From: Pseudomonadota bacterium | GTDB lineage: Bacteria; Myxococcota_A; UBA9042; CAIXZC01 | Length of the DNA stretch: 64,000 nt | Assembly: GCA_043815665.1 (NCBI GenBank) | Contig: JBDRIT010000025.1 | Location: 67,487 to 131,486, forward strand | Direction: 5' to 3' | In this document: one piece after another, positions 18,054 to 26,340 of the stretch | Layout: each line of letters begins with the position of its first letter | How positions within the stretch are numbered: position 1 is the stretch's first letter | Made by a program: the position numbers and the translations under genes | The notes under the pieces: generated by a model | Seen by the model: only the letters and a program-made list of their open reading frames with translations | Told to the model about the DNA's origin: nothing | Database searches by the model: none

Positions 18054-18138
18054 CCGAGGATTTGGTGATTGCGCTCCCCCCCACCCTCGGTTACCTTCCC
18101 CGCGTAATTGAATCCCTGCCCTCGCCCTGGAGGTCCCG

Positions 18139-20181
18139 ATGACCTGTTCACGTCCTCTCCCGAAGGCCTCTCCCGAGCTGTTGAAGCGCTGCGCGGACAC
18201 CATCCGGATGTTGTCCGTCGAGGCCATCGAGCGGGCCAACTCCGGGCACCCCGGGGCGCCCATGGGGATGGCCGACCTGGCGACGGTCCTGTGGACCCGC
18301 TACCTGCGTCACGATCCCCGGGATCCCGCGTGGATGGATCGGGACCGCCTGGTCCTGTCGGCGGGCCACGCGTCCATGCTGCTCTACTCCCTGCTCCACC
18401 TGGGCGGCTTCGGGGTGTCCATGGAGGACATCAAGGCCTTCCGCCAGTGGGGCAGCCCCACCCCAGGCCACCCGGAGTACGGGCACCTCCCCGGGGTCGA
18501 GGTCACCACGGGCCCCCTGGGGCAGGGCTTCGCCCACGCGGTCGGCATGGCCATCGCCCGGGAGCGCCTGCACGAGAGCGTCGGCGGCGGCGACTTCAAC
18601 CCGGTCTCCCACCGGATCTTCACCCTCATGGGCGACGGCTGCATGATGGAGGGCGTGACCCAGGAGGCGGCGTCCCTGGCGGGACATCTCGGCCTCGGGA
18701 ACCTGGTCGCGATCTACGACGACAACGGGATCTCCATCGACGGCCCCACCTCCCTCGCGTTCTCCGACGACACAGCGGCGCGGTTCCGGGCCCTGGGCTG
18801 GCACACCGTGGCCTGCAACGGCCATGACTACGACGACGTCGCGGGGGCCCTCGACGAGGCCCTCTCCGTGACCGATCGACCCTCTCTGATCCTCGCGAAG
18901 ACCACCATCGGCCACGGCGCGCCCAACAAGTGCGACGACTCGGGGGTCCACGGCGCCCCCCTGGGCGGGGTGGAGCTGGCGGCGACCCGGGCCGCCCTCG
19001 CCTGGGACCTGCCCCCCTTCGAGGTCCCCGACGAGGTGCGATCCTACTTCGCTGCCTGCGCAGAGACGAAGCAGACCGATCGGGACGCCTGGGACGACGC
19101 GATGCTCACCTGGCGGCGCGATCCGGAGCGGGCCCGGCGCTGGGACGCGCACGTCCTCCAGGCGGAGCCCGGGGATCTGCGCAGCGCCCTCATCGCCTCC
19201 GTGGCCGATGCGAAGGGCGCCACCCGGCAGCTGTCGGCGAAGGTCCTCAAGGTCGCGGCGGAGAAGATGGGCTGGATCATGGGCGGAAGCGCGGACCTGA
19301 CCCCCTCCAACGGGACCATGTTCGCCGGCGGCGTCTTCGGCGACCCGGCCTCCGCGTCGCCCCACGGGGGCCGCTACATCCACTACGGCGTGCGCGAGCA
19401 CGCGATGGGCGCGGTGGCCAACGGCCTGACCCTCCACGGCTCGGCCCGGGGCTTCACCGCGACCTTCCTGGTCTTCGCCGACTACATGCGGCCCCCCATG
19501 CGCCTCGCAGCGCTCATGGGCGCGCCCACGATCTTCGTGTTCACCCACGACAGCATCTTCCTGGGCGAGGACGGCCCGACCCACCAGCCCGTGGAGCACC
19601 TCGCGAGCCTCCGGGTGATCCCCGGGATGGAGGTGTTCCGCCCCGCGGACAACATGGAGACGGCCATGGCCTGGTACCGGGCCCTGGTGCGCCAGGACGG
19701 CCCGGTGACCTTGAGCTTCACGCGCCAGGGGGTCCGGAACCTGGACCGACCCGCGGGCTGGGATCCCGACGAGATCCTCCGAGGCGGCTACGTGGTCCAC
19801 GGGCGGGACATCGACGATCCCGACCTGGTGCTCATCGCGACGGGCTCTGAGGTCGGACTGGCCATGGACGCGGCGGCGCTCCTCGGGGCCGAGGGGCACC
19901 GGGTGCGGGTGGTGAGCATGCCCTGCCAGGAGCTCTTCGATCAGCAGGACGCCTCGTGGCGGAACGCGGTGATCCCCGCGGGGCACCCCCGCCGGGTCTC
20001 CATCGAGGCCGGTGCGACCCAGGGCTGGCGTCCCTACGTCGGCGACGCCGGGCTCTGCATCGGCCTGGACCGGTTCGGCGCCTCAGCCCCCGCGGAGGTC
20101 CTGGCCGAGAGGTTCGGGTTCATCCCCGACGCCGTGGTCGCCCGCATCAAGGCCCACTTCTCCCTGGACGTCCCCCGGTAG
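18139..20181 (+). CDS. tkt: transketolase
   Basis: 680 aa with SGHPG and GDGCMMEG thiamine-diphosphate motifs. Full-length collinear match to Tkt. Confidence 0.95.
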   Translation: MTCSRPLPKASPELLKRCADTIRMLSVEAIERANSGHPGAPMGMADLATVLWTRYLRHDPRDPAWMDRDRLVLSAGHASMLLYSLLHLGGFGVSMEDIKAFRQWGSPTPGHPEYGHLPGVEVTTGPLGQGFAHAVGMAIARERLHESVGGGDFNPVSHRIFTLMGDGCMMEGVTQEAASLAGHLGLGNLVAIYDDNGISIDGPTSLAFSDDTAARFRALGWHTVACNGHDYDDVAGALDEALSVTDRPSLILAKTTIGHGAPNKCDDSGVHGAPLGGVELAATRAALAWDLPPFEVPDEVRSYFAACAETKQTDRDAWDDAMLTWRRDPERARRWDAHVLQAEPGDLRSALIASVADAKGATRQLSAKVLKVAAEKMGWIMGGSADLTPSNGTMFAGGVFGDPASASPHGGRYIHYGVREHAMGAVANGLTLHGSARGFTATFLVFADYMRPPMRLAALMGAPTIFVFTHDSIFLGEDGPTHQPVEHLASLRVIPGMEVFRPADNMETAMAWYRALVRQDGPVTLSFTRQGVRNLDRPAGWDPDEILRGGYVVHGRDIDDPDLVLIATGSEVGLAMDAAALLGAEGHRVRVVSMPCQELFDQQDASWRNAVIPAGHPRRVSIEAGATQGWRPYVGDAGLCIGLDRFGASAPAEVLAERFGFIPDAVVARIKAHFSLDVPR

Positions 20182-20211
20182 CACGGTTCGAACCGGGGGC
20201 TCGGCAGGTAC

Positions 20212-20790
20212 CTACTCGCACTCCTGGTATTCGACCTTGACCTCACCGCCGGAGGTGGCCTTGACGCGGACACGCCAGACGCCGTCGGACTGGTTGGCGC
20301 GTACGGTGAAGCCCTGCCCCTTCTCGGGCTTGGAGATCATCGCGTTCTTGTCGCTGTCCGCAGGCGCGGTGCAGGGGACATCGGCGAGGTTCCCGAAGGT
20401 CTGGGTCCCGAAGCGGTGCAGGGGCAGGTAGGAGGTCCCCTGCCGGCCCGCCTTCAGGTCCAGGCCGGTGCCGTGCTTGTACGCGATCAGGTCGACCTTC
20501 ATCCCCGAGCCGTCCGCGAGGACCGTCCCCGTTGCGAAGACCGCGCCCTTGTCCGCCTGGAGCGCTGCGGTGCGGATCTTGGCAGCAGGGACAGGGGCCT
20601 TCTTCTTCACGGCAACGGTCTTCTTCTGCTGTGGCTTGTTCTTCTTCTGCTTCTTCTGCTTCTTGTTCTTCTTCTGCTTCTTCTGGGCCGTCAGCGCGCT
20701 CTTGCTGGTCTTCTTGCTCCCGCTCGAGCCGGAGCAGCCACCCAGGGCCAGCGCAATGGCCATGATCACGATCCAGGGGAACCTGCCCAT
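20212..20790 (-). CDS. lipoprotein with poly-Lys low-complexity tract
   Basis: MGRFPWIVIMAIALALGGC lipobox, then KKQKKNKKQKKQKKNKPQQKK, then a globular C-terminal domain. A GGGAGGG RBS precedes this ATG. Confidence 0.65.
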   Translation of the reverse strand: MGRFPWIVIMAIALALGGCSGSSGSKKTSKSALTAQKKQKKNKKQKKQKKNKPQQKKTVAVKKKAPVPAAKIRTAALQADKGAVFATGTVLADGSGMKVDLIAYKHGTGLDLKAGRQGTSYLPLHRFGTQTFGNLADVPCTAPADSDKNAMISKPEKGQGFTVRANQSDGVWRVRVKATSGGEVKVEYQECE

Positions 20791-20807
20791 GATCGTCCCT
20801 CCCATTC

Positions 20808-23498
20808 CTATTTCCAGTACCCGTAGTCCTTGAGGATCCCGCGGGTCGCGGGATCCACGATCCGCTCCTTCTCGAAGTCACCCTCCTCCAGGAGGTCGTC
20901 CGTGGCCCCCGCGGCCCGGGGCCCGGTGCGCCACACGAAGACGCCCAGGTCCTCGCCGGGGATCCGGTGGGGCGGGGTTCGGGCGCTGAGCACGGTCGCG
21001 GCCTCCTCGGGGCCCCAGGTCGGCGCACCGAGGATCGCCAGACCGTCGCGCCCGGCGTAGACCCTGCTGCCGTCCACCGGTGCGCCGTCCAGGGTGAGCT
21101 CCAGGGTCACCGCCGCATCCGGCGGCGCGGTGCGCAGCCTCAGCTGCGGCTCCGTACCCGGCGCCACGTCCAACGCCACCGTGATTCCGTCACGTCCGTT
21201 GCGCTGGTGGAATGCGCCGTCCGGGCCGAGGAACTCCGCGTCGGCGATCCGTCCTGAGATCCGGATGGTGCCTTCGAAGCGTCGGATCTCCGGCCCCTTT
21301 CCCGAGAACGCCAGGTGGTAGACCGCTGTCCCGGGGCGGTCCCCCTGCTCGGGGGTGGCCGCGGAGGGCGCGGCGGCGGGGCCAGCACCGGGGATCGGTG
21401 GTGTCGGCCGCGGTAACGCAGTCTCGGGATTCCACTCGTCGTCCCGGGCCTGCTCCACGTAGTCTTTGTAGAGGGTCCTGGTCTCGCCCAGGAGCTGGCG
21501 GAGCTGCTTGCGGCGGGGATCCTGCTGACGGACGAGGTTCTTCTTCTCATCGGGATCCGTTGTGAGATCGTAGAGCTCCTCCTGGCCGGACTCGCCGCCG
21601 GAGTTCCACGCAGGGGTCCGCGCGTCGTCCTTCTGGTGGTGGAGGATGTACTTCCAGCCCCAGGCCCGAACCGCGCTGCTGAGGCGGCTCTCCACGTAGA
21701 CCACGTCCGGACGGTCCGCGGCGCTGCCCTCCCCGCGCAGCTCATCCCAGAGGGTGAGGCCGGTGTGGGCCGGGTGCGCTGGCAACCCCGCCGCGTCCAG
21801 GAGCGTGGGGGCCACGTCCAGGTGGCTGACCGTGTGTTCGTGGACCACGCCGGGGGTCACGCCCCATCCCCACCAGATGAGGGGGGTCCGGAGCTCCTCG
21901 TCGTAGAGCGTCAGGCCGTGGCTGTTGTTGCAGATCGTCTCGAAGACCTCGGATCGGCAGGAGTGCTCCGTACGCATGACCTCGCCGTGGTCCGCGGTGA
22001 GGAGGAAGATCGTACGCTCCGCGAGGCCCAGGGAGTCCATGTGCTCCACGAGCCGCTTGAGCGCTGCGTCCGCGTAGCGGACCTCGCCCAGGTAGTCCTT
22101 CCTGGCGGGGAGACGACCCTCGTACTGAGCGAGCCGCGCCTCGGTCCAGCGGGCATGCTCCTCCGGCGCCTTGTAGGGCTGGTGGGGCGGGGAGATGTTC
22201 ACGAGCATCAGGAACTTGCGCGCATGGTTCCCGTCCAGCCATCGCACCGCCCTGTCGATGATCCGCTCGGTATCCTCGACGGACTTGCGGTTGTCCCAGA
22301 CCTCGTCGAAGCCGGGGTCCAGGCCCATCAGGGTCGTCCCGAACTGGAAGTGGTTCCGCCCGAAGGTCACGGTCTCGTAGCCGGCCTGCGCGAGGAGGAG
22401 GGGCAGGAGCGGCGGGCGGTGGGCGTAGTATTCGTCGATCTTCTCCTTGCGGAAGTTCCACCACTTCGCGTGGTAGGCGCCCACGGTGGGGTGCTGGGAC
22501 TGGAGGAAGCCCACGATGGAGGGCCGGGTCTGGTTGGACACCGTAAAGTTCGACGTGTAGGTGGTCCCCGTTGCGGCCCGTGCGTCCAGGAAGGGGGTCA
22601 CCGAGGGGAAGCCGGGGTTGCCCGCGCCGACACAGTCCGCGCGCAGCGCGTCCACGAAGAGGACCACCAGGTTGGGGCCCTGCCGGAGCCGCGCAGGCGC
22701 GTCCGCCGCGTCGGACGCCGGGACCGTGACGTGGACGTCGGCGAGCCCTATCCCGGGCTTGAGGCCGACGCCCGCGGGGCTCGAGACCCGAACGGTCACC
22801 GCGCCGGCGTCGGCGGGCAAAGGTACGGTGCCCTCCTCCCAGCGCGTCGACGGCTCCCGACCGGAGAGGTCGAACCGCGACACCACCACGTCGGCGACAA
22901 GGATCTCCAGGCTCAAGGCCTCTGCTCTGCGCCCCTGGAAGGCCTTGGGGAACGCCGCGATCGAGACATGGAGCACGCGCCCCTCCCCCGCCGGGGGGTC
23001 CCACCGCAAGGACGCGCCCGCAGGCAGGAGGAGGCCCGTCCGCATGTCCCAGGTGTGGGCGTCGTGGTCCACGGTGATCAGTCGCCTGAGGAGGAGCTCC
23101 AGGGGCCCCTTTCCGGCGCGGAAGGGGTACGGATAGCTGACTTCGGTGAGGCCCTCGACGTCCAGGCGCAGACCGTCGAAGCCGCGGAGGAGCTCGAGAT
23201 CGGCGGGGGCGTCGATGAGACGCGCGGCGACGGCGCGGGTCCCGGCGAAGGTCGATGCCGTCAGCTCCTCAGCCTGTGGGAGGGGTTCTTCAGCCTCGAA
23301 TCGGCCTGTGGACGGGCCTCCCACACTGTGGGAGGGGCCTCCGGCCCCGATGTCCGGCTCTTCACCCTCGACCGGGACGGGGCGCCACCCAGGCACAGGC
23401 GCAGGCCCGGTGGCCGCCTCGCCCGGGGCCATCCCCGAGCAGGAGGCCAGCCCGAAGAGGACCGCGCCCAGGGTGGCGGCGCGTGTTACGAATCTCAT
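20808..23498 (-). CDS. sulfatase-like (alkaline phosphatase superfamily) lipoprotein with large N-terminal extension
   Basis: LVVLFVDALRADC...LTADHGE are sulfatase-family motifs. Start MRFVTRAATLGAVLFGLASC has a GGAGGA RBS. The active-site region reads SNQTRPS rather than the canonical C/SxPxR. Confidence 0.7.
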   Translation of the reverse strand: MRFVTRAATLGAVLFGLASCSGMAPGEAATGPAPVPGWRPVPVEGEEPDIGAGGPSHSVGGPSTGRFEAEEPLPQAEELTASTFAGTRAVAARLIDAPADLELLRGFDGLRLDVEGLTEVSYPYPFRAGKGPLELLLRRLITVDHDAHTWDMRTGLLLPAGASLRWDPPAGEGRVLHVSIAAFPKAFQGRRAEALSLEILVADVVVSRFDLSGREPSTRWEEGTVPLPADAGAVTVRVSSPAGVGLKPGIGLADVHVTVPASDAADAPARLRQGPNLVVLFVDALRADCVGAGNPGFPSVTPFLDARAATGTTYTSNFTVSNQTRPSIVGFLQSQHPTVGAYHAKWWNFRKEKIDEYYAHRPPLLPLLLAQAGYETVTFGRNHFQFGTTLMGLDPGFDEVWDNRKSVEDTERIIDRAVRWLDGNHARKFLMLVNISPPHQPYKAPEEHARWTEARLAQYEGRLPARKDYLGEVRYADAALKRLVEHMDSLGLAERTIFLLTADHGEVMRTEHSCRSEVFETICNNSHGLTLYDEELRTPLIWWGWGVTPGVVHEHTVSHLDVAPTLLDAAGLPAHPAHTGLTLWDELRGEGSAADRPDVVYVESRLSSAVRAWGWKYILHHQKDDARTPAWNSGGESGQEELYDLTTDPDEKKNLVRQQDPRRKQLRQLLGETRTLYKDYVEQARDDEWNPETALPRPTPPIPGAGPAAAPSAATPEQGDRPGTAVYHLAFSGKGPEIRRFEGTIRISGRIADAEFLGPDGAFHQRNGRDGITVALDVAPGTEPQLRLRTAPPDAAVTLELTLDGAPVDGSRVYAGRDGLAILGAPTWGPEEAATVLSARTPPHRIPGEDLGVFVWRTGPRAAGATDDLLEEGDFEKERIVDPATRGILKDYGYWK

Positions 23499-23633
23499 CA
23501 CGTCCTCCGGATGCCCGCGGGGGGTCCGGGCCCACGGATTGTCGCCAGTATCGCGCATCGGACCGCCCCGTCCATTGAAATCGAATGTCAGCCCGTGTTA
23601 CTAGTCAACCCGATGAACCCAAGGAGGTGTCCC

Positions 23634-24305
23634 ATGAATCGACTCGGAATCCTGACGATCCTCTGCCTGTTCGCGCTCACCCTCGCGGCCCCGGCGGCCG
23701 CTCAGCATCATCCCCACGAGAAGGGCATGGTCCCGGCCACGCCGGGCCCCAAAGAGGAGTCCCGCCGACTGCTCCAGAAGTCGATGCAACGCCTGGGTGA
23801 GGTCCAGAAAATCCTCCAGCAGCGCGGCAAGCTCGAGCAGAAGGCCAGGGAAGAGGTCGCGCAGGAACTGAAGGACATCGCCCTGGACCTCAAGACGGTG
23901 CAGATCAACCTTCGCGAGCTCACCGTCGGTTCCGGCGTGCTGCTCCCGACCGGTCCGCAGATCGTCGTCATTGAGGCCCCTCCGGAGCCCGTTCTCCCCC
24001 TCGAACCCGCGGGGCCGATGCCGATGGAGCCCGCCAGCTTCCGCGCCCTCCTGGCCGAGGTCGACGGGCAGTCCTTCTCGGACGACAAGCTCCTGGTCGT
24101 CCGCAGCGCCAGCCGTGAGGCCTTCTTCATGACGGCCCAGGTCAAGGCCATGCTGGACGCGTTCGTGCACTCTTCGGACAAGATCGAGCTCCTGCGCGTC
24201 GTCGCTGATCGCATCGTGGACCGGGAGAACATCTTCACGATCTACGGCTCCCTCGTGCACTCCTCCGACAAGGAGGAGGCTCGAGAGATCCTCGAGGGCC
24301 GCTAG
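23634..24305 (+). CDS. secreted hypothetical protein
   Basis: AAGGAGGTG RBS. Signal peptide MNRLGILTILCLFALTLAAPAAAQ. Confidence 0.6.
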   Translation: MNRLGILTILCLFALTLAAPAAAQHHPHEKGMVPATPGPKEESRRLLQKSMQRLGEVQKILQQRGKLEQKAREEVAQELKDIALDLKTVQINLRELTVGSGVLLPTGPQIVVIEAPPEPVLPLEPAGPMPMEPASFRALLAEVDGQSFSDDKLLVVRSASREAFFMTAQVKAMLDAFVHSSDKIELLRVVADRIVDRENIFTIYGSLVHSSDKEEAREILEGR

Positions 24306-24468
24306 ATGACCTCGGCGCAAATGATGATGCGGCCTGGGCGAGGAACCGGCGTCGAGGTCAAGGCGCTTCTACGAAGACGTGGTAGAGCCACTTCGAGGAG
24401 GAGCAACGCCGAGATCGGCGTCTGGGACCGGCCAGGGGGTATCATCACCTCAGCCGAGTTCATCTAGA

Positions 24469-25869
24469 ATGTCCACGCTGCTCCTACGTCGCCTCAACAC
24501 CCTCGTCACCATGGATCCCGACCTCGGGATCCTCCACGACGTGGACGTCCGGATTCGGGACGGACGCGTCTCTTCCGTGGGAAACAACCTCACCCTCGCA
24601 CCGGGGGAGCGCGTCATCGAAGGTGCTGACATCGTCGCCTACCCGGGCTTCGTCAACACCCACCACCACCTGTACCAGACGCTGCAACGTTGCGTGCCGC
24701 GGGTCCAGGACGCCAAGCTCTTCGACTGGCTCACGGGCCTGTACGAGGTCTGGCGCCACCTGACCCCGGAGGGCGCCTACCGATCCGCGCAGGTCGGGCT
24801 GGCGGAGCTCCTCCTGTCGGGCTGCACCACCGTTGCGGACCACCACTACCTCTTCCCCGTGGACCAGCCCCTGGATCTCCTGGACCGGAGCATCGAGGCG
24901 GCCCGGGATCTCGGGGTGCGGTTCCACCCCACCCGGGGGAGCATGAGCCTGGGCAGGTCCGGCGGGGGCCTGCCCCCGGACTCGGTGATCCAGACAGCGG
25001 ACGCGATCCTCGAGGACAGCGTCCGCGTCATCGACACCTGGCACGACCCGTCCCCCCTGTCCATGTGTCGCGTCTCCCTGGCCCCCTGCTCGCCCTTCTC
25101 GGTGACCGCGGACCAGCTGCGCGAGACCGCAGCCCTGGCCCGGTCGAAGGGGGTGCGCCTGCACACCCACCTCGCCGAGACCCGGGACGAGGACGACTAC
25201 TGCCAGCAGCACGTCGGGATGCGCCCCCTCGCGTACATGGAGTCCCTGGGCTGGGTCGGCGATGACGTGTGGTTCGCGCACGGGATCCACTTCAACGACG
25301 CGGAGCTGGATCTCCTGGCGGAGACCGGCACCGGCGTCGCGCACTGCCCGTCGTCCAACCTCCGCCTCGGCTCCGGGATCGCCCGGGTGCCGGAGATGCT
25401 CGAGCGGGGGGTCCCCGTGGGCCTCGCTGTGGACGGCAGCGCGTCCAACGACTGCTCGAACATGCTCCTGGAGATTCGCATGGCCCTGCTGGTGCACCGC
25501 ATCGGCACCGGGGTCAATCGCATGCCCGTCGTGGACGCCCTGCGCCTCGCCACCACAGGTGGCGCCAGGGTCCTGGGCCGGGACGACATCGGGCGGATCG
25601 CACCGGGCATGGCAGCGGACCTGGCCCTCTTCGATCTCACCGACGTGGGCCTCGCCGGCGCCCTGCACGACCCCGCAGCGGCGCCGATCCTGTCCTTCGG
25701 GACCGGCCGGACCCTCTACACCATCGTGAACGGCGAGGTCGTGGTGGATCAGGGCCGTCTGGTCACCGGCGACCTCAAGGAGATCAGCCGGGAGGCGAAC
25801 CGGATCGCTGCGGAGATGCTCGACGCGGCGTCGGCACGCACCGGCGTGGATTATCGGAGTCGGGGCTGA
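24469..25869 (+). CDS. amidohydrolase family protein (TRZ/ATZ / 8-oxoguanine-deaminase-like)
   Basis: GFVNTHHHLYQT metal-binding HxH, then HLAE, then the HGIHF/ DG motifs. Start at MSTLLLRRLNTLVTMDPD. Confidence 0.85.
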   Translation: MSTLLLRRLNTLVTMDPDLGILHDVDVRIRDGRVSSVGNNLTLAPGERVIEGADIVAYPGFVNTHHHLYQTLQRCVPRVQDAKLFDWLTGLYEVWRHLTPEGAYRSAQVGLAELLLSGCTTVADHHYLFPVDQPLDLLDRSIEAARDLGVRFHPTRGSMSLGRSGGGLPPDSVIQTADAILEDSVRVIDTWHDPSPLSMCRVSLAPCSPFSVTADQLRETAALARSKGVRLHTHLAETRDEDDYCQQHVGMRPLAYMESLGWVGDDVWFAHGIHFNDAELDLLAETGTGVAHCPSSNLRLGSGIARVPEMLERGVPVGLAVDGSASNDCSNMLLEIRMALLVHRIGTGVNRMPVVDALRLATTGGARVLGRDDIGRIAPGMAADLALFDLTDVGLAGALHDPAAAPILSFGTGRTLYTIVNGEVVVDQGRLVTGDLKEISREANRIAAEMLDAASARTGVDYRSRG

Positions 25870-25887
25870 AGCCCCTCCCACAGGGGC
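25862..25887. terminator. GC-rich hairpin(s) between convergent genes (putative bidirectional terminator, no U-tract)
   Basis: ggggc-tgaa-gcccc and gcccct-cccac-aggggc overlapping stem-loops lie directly after the amidohydrolase stop. Confidence 0.3.
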
Positions 25888-25963
25888 GCAGCAGGAACTG
25901 AGGTCATCGGAAAGATGGGCGTCCGCCCCGAGGGCGAGGCGGACTTCCCCAGGCGCTACGGCC

Positions 25964-26293
25964 TCAGTCCGCGCCCGGGAACGCCTCCACGTACTTGATC
26001 TTGATGTCGGGGAACGCAGTGACGAACTGGATCTTCAGGTCCGGGAACGCCTCCACCATCTTCCACTTGCCGCAGGAGTCGGGGAAGGCTTCGACCATCT
26101 TGACCTTGAGGTCCGGGAACGCTTCCACCACCTGGACCTTCAAATCCGGGAACGCGTCCACCACCTTGATCTTGCCGTAGAGCTTGAAGCCCTTGCAGGT
26201 GCACGAGCCCTTGTCGACCTTGTCCTCTGCCTGGACGGGCGCCGCCAGGGCCACCATCGCCAGCACCACCACGGCTCCGATGAATCGTCTCAT
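25964..26293 (-). CDS. small secreted tandem-repeat protein (5-6 x 9-aa VEAFPDLKV repeats)
   Basis: Perfect GGAGGA RBS. Signal peptide MRRFIGAVVVLAMVALAAPVQA. KVVDAFPDLKVQVVEAFPDLKVKMVEAFPD...MVEAFPDLKIQFVTAFPDIKIKYVEAFPGAD. A 27-nt DNA periodicity is visible. Confidence 0.7.
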   Translation of the reverse strand: MRRFIGAVVVLAMVALAAPVQAEDKVDKGSCTCKGFKLYGKIKVVDAFPDLKVQVVEAFPDLKVKMVEAFPDSCGKWKMVEAFPDLKIQFVTAFPDIKIKYVEAFPGAD

Positions 26294-26340
26294 GTTTCCT
26301 CCTTCGAAGGCTGCGGCCACCGACCGGTCACTGGGGGATT

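Noticed and set aside
20184-20195. Palindrome cggttcgaaccg between tkt and the Lys-rich lipoprotein as a rho-independent terminator
   Set aside because: Perfect 12-nt palindrome, but the stem is at most 4-5 bp with a tiny loop and no U-tract. Too weak to call.
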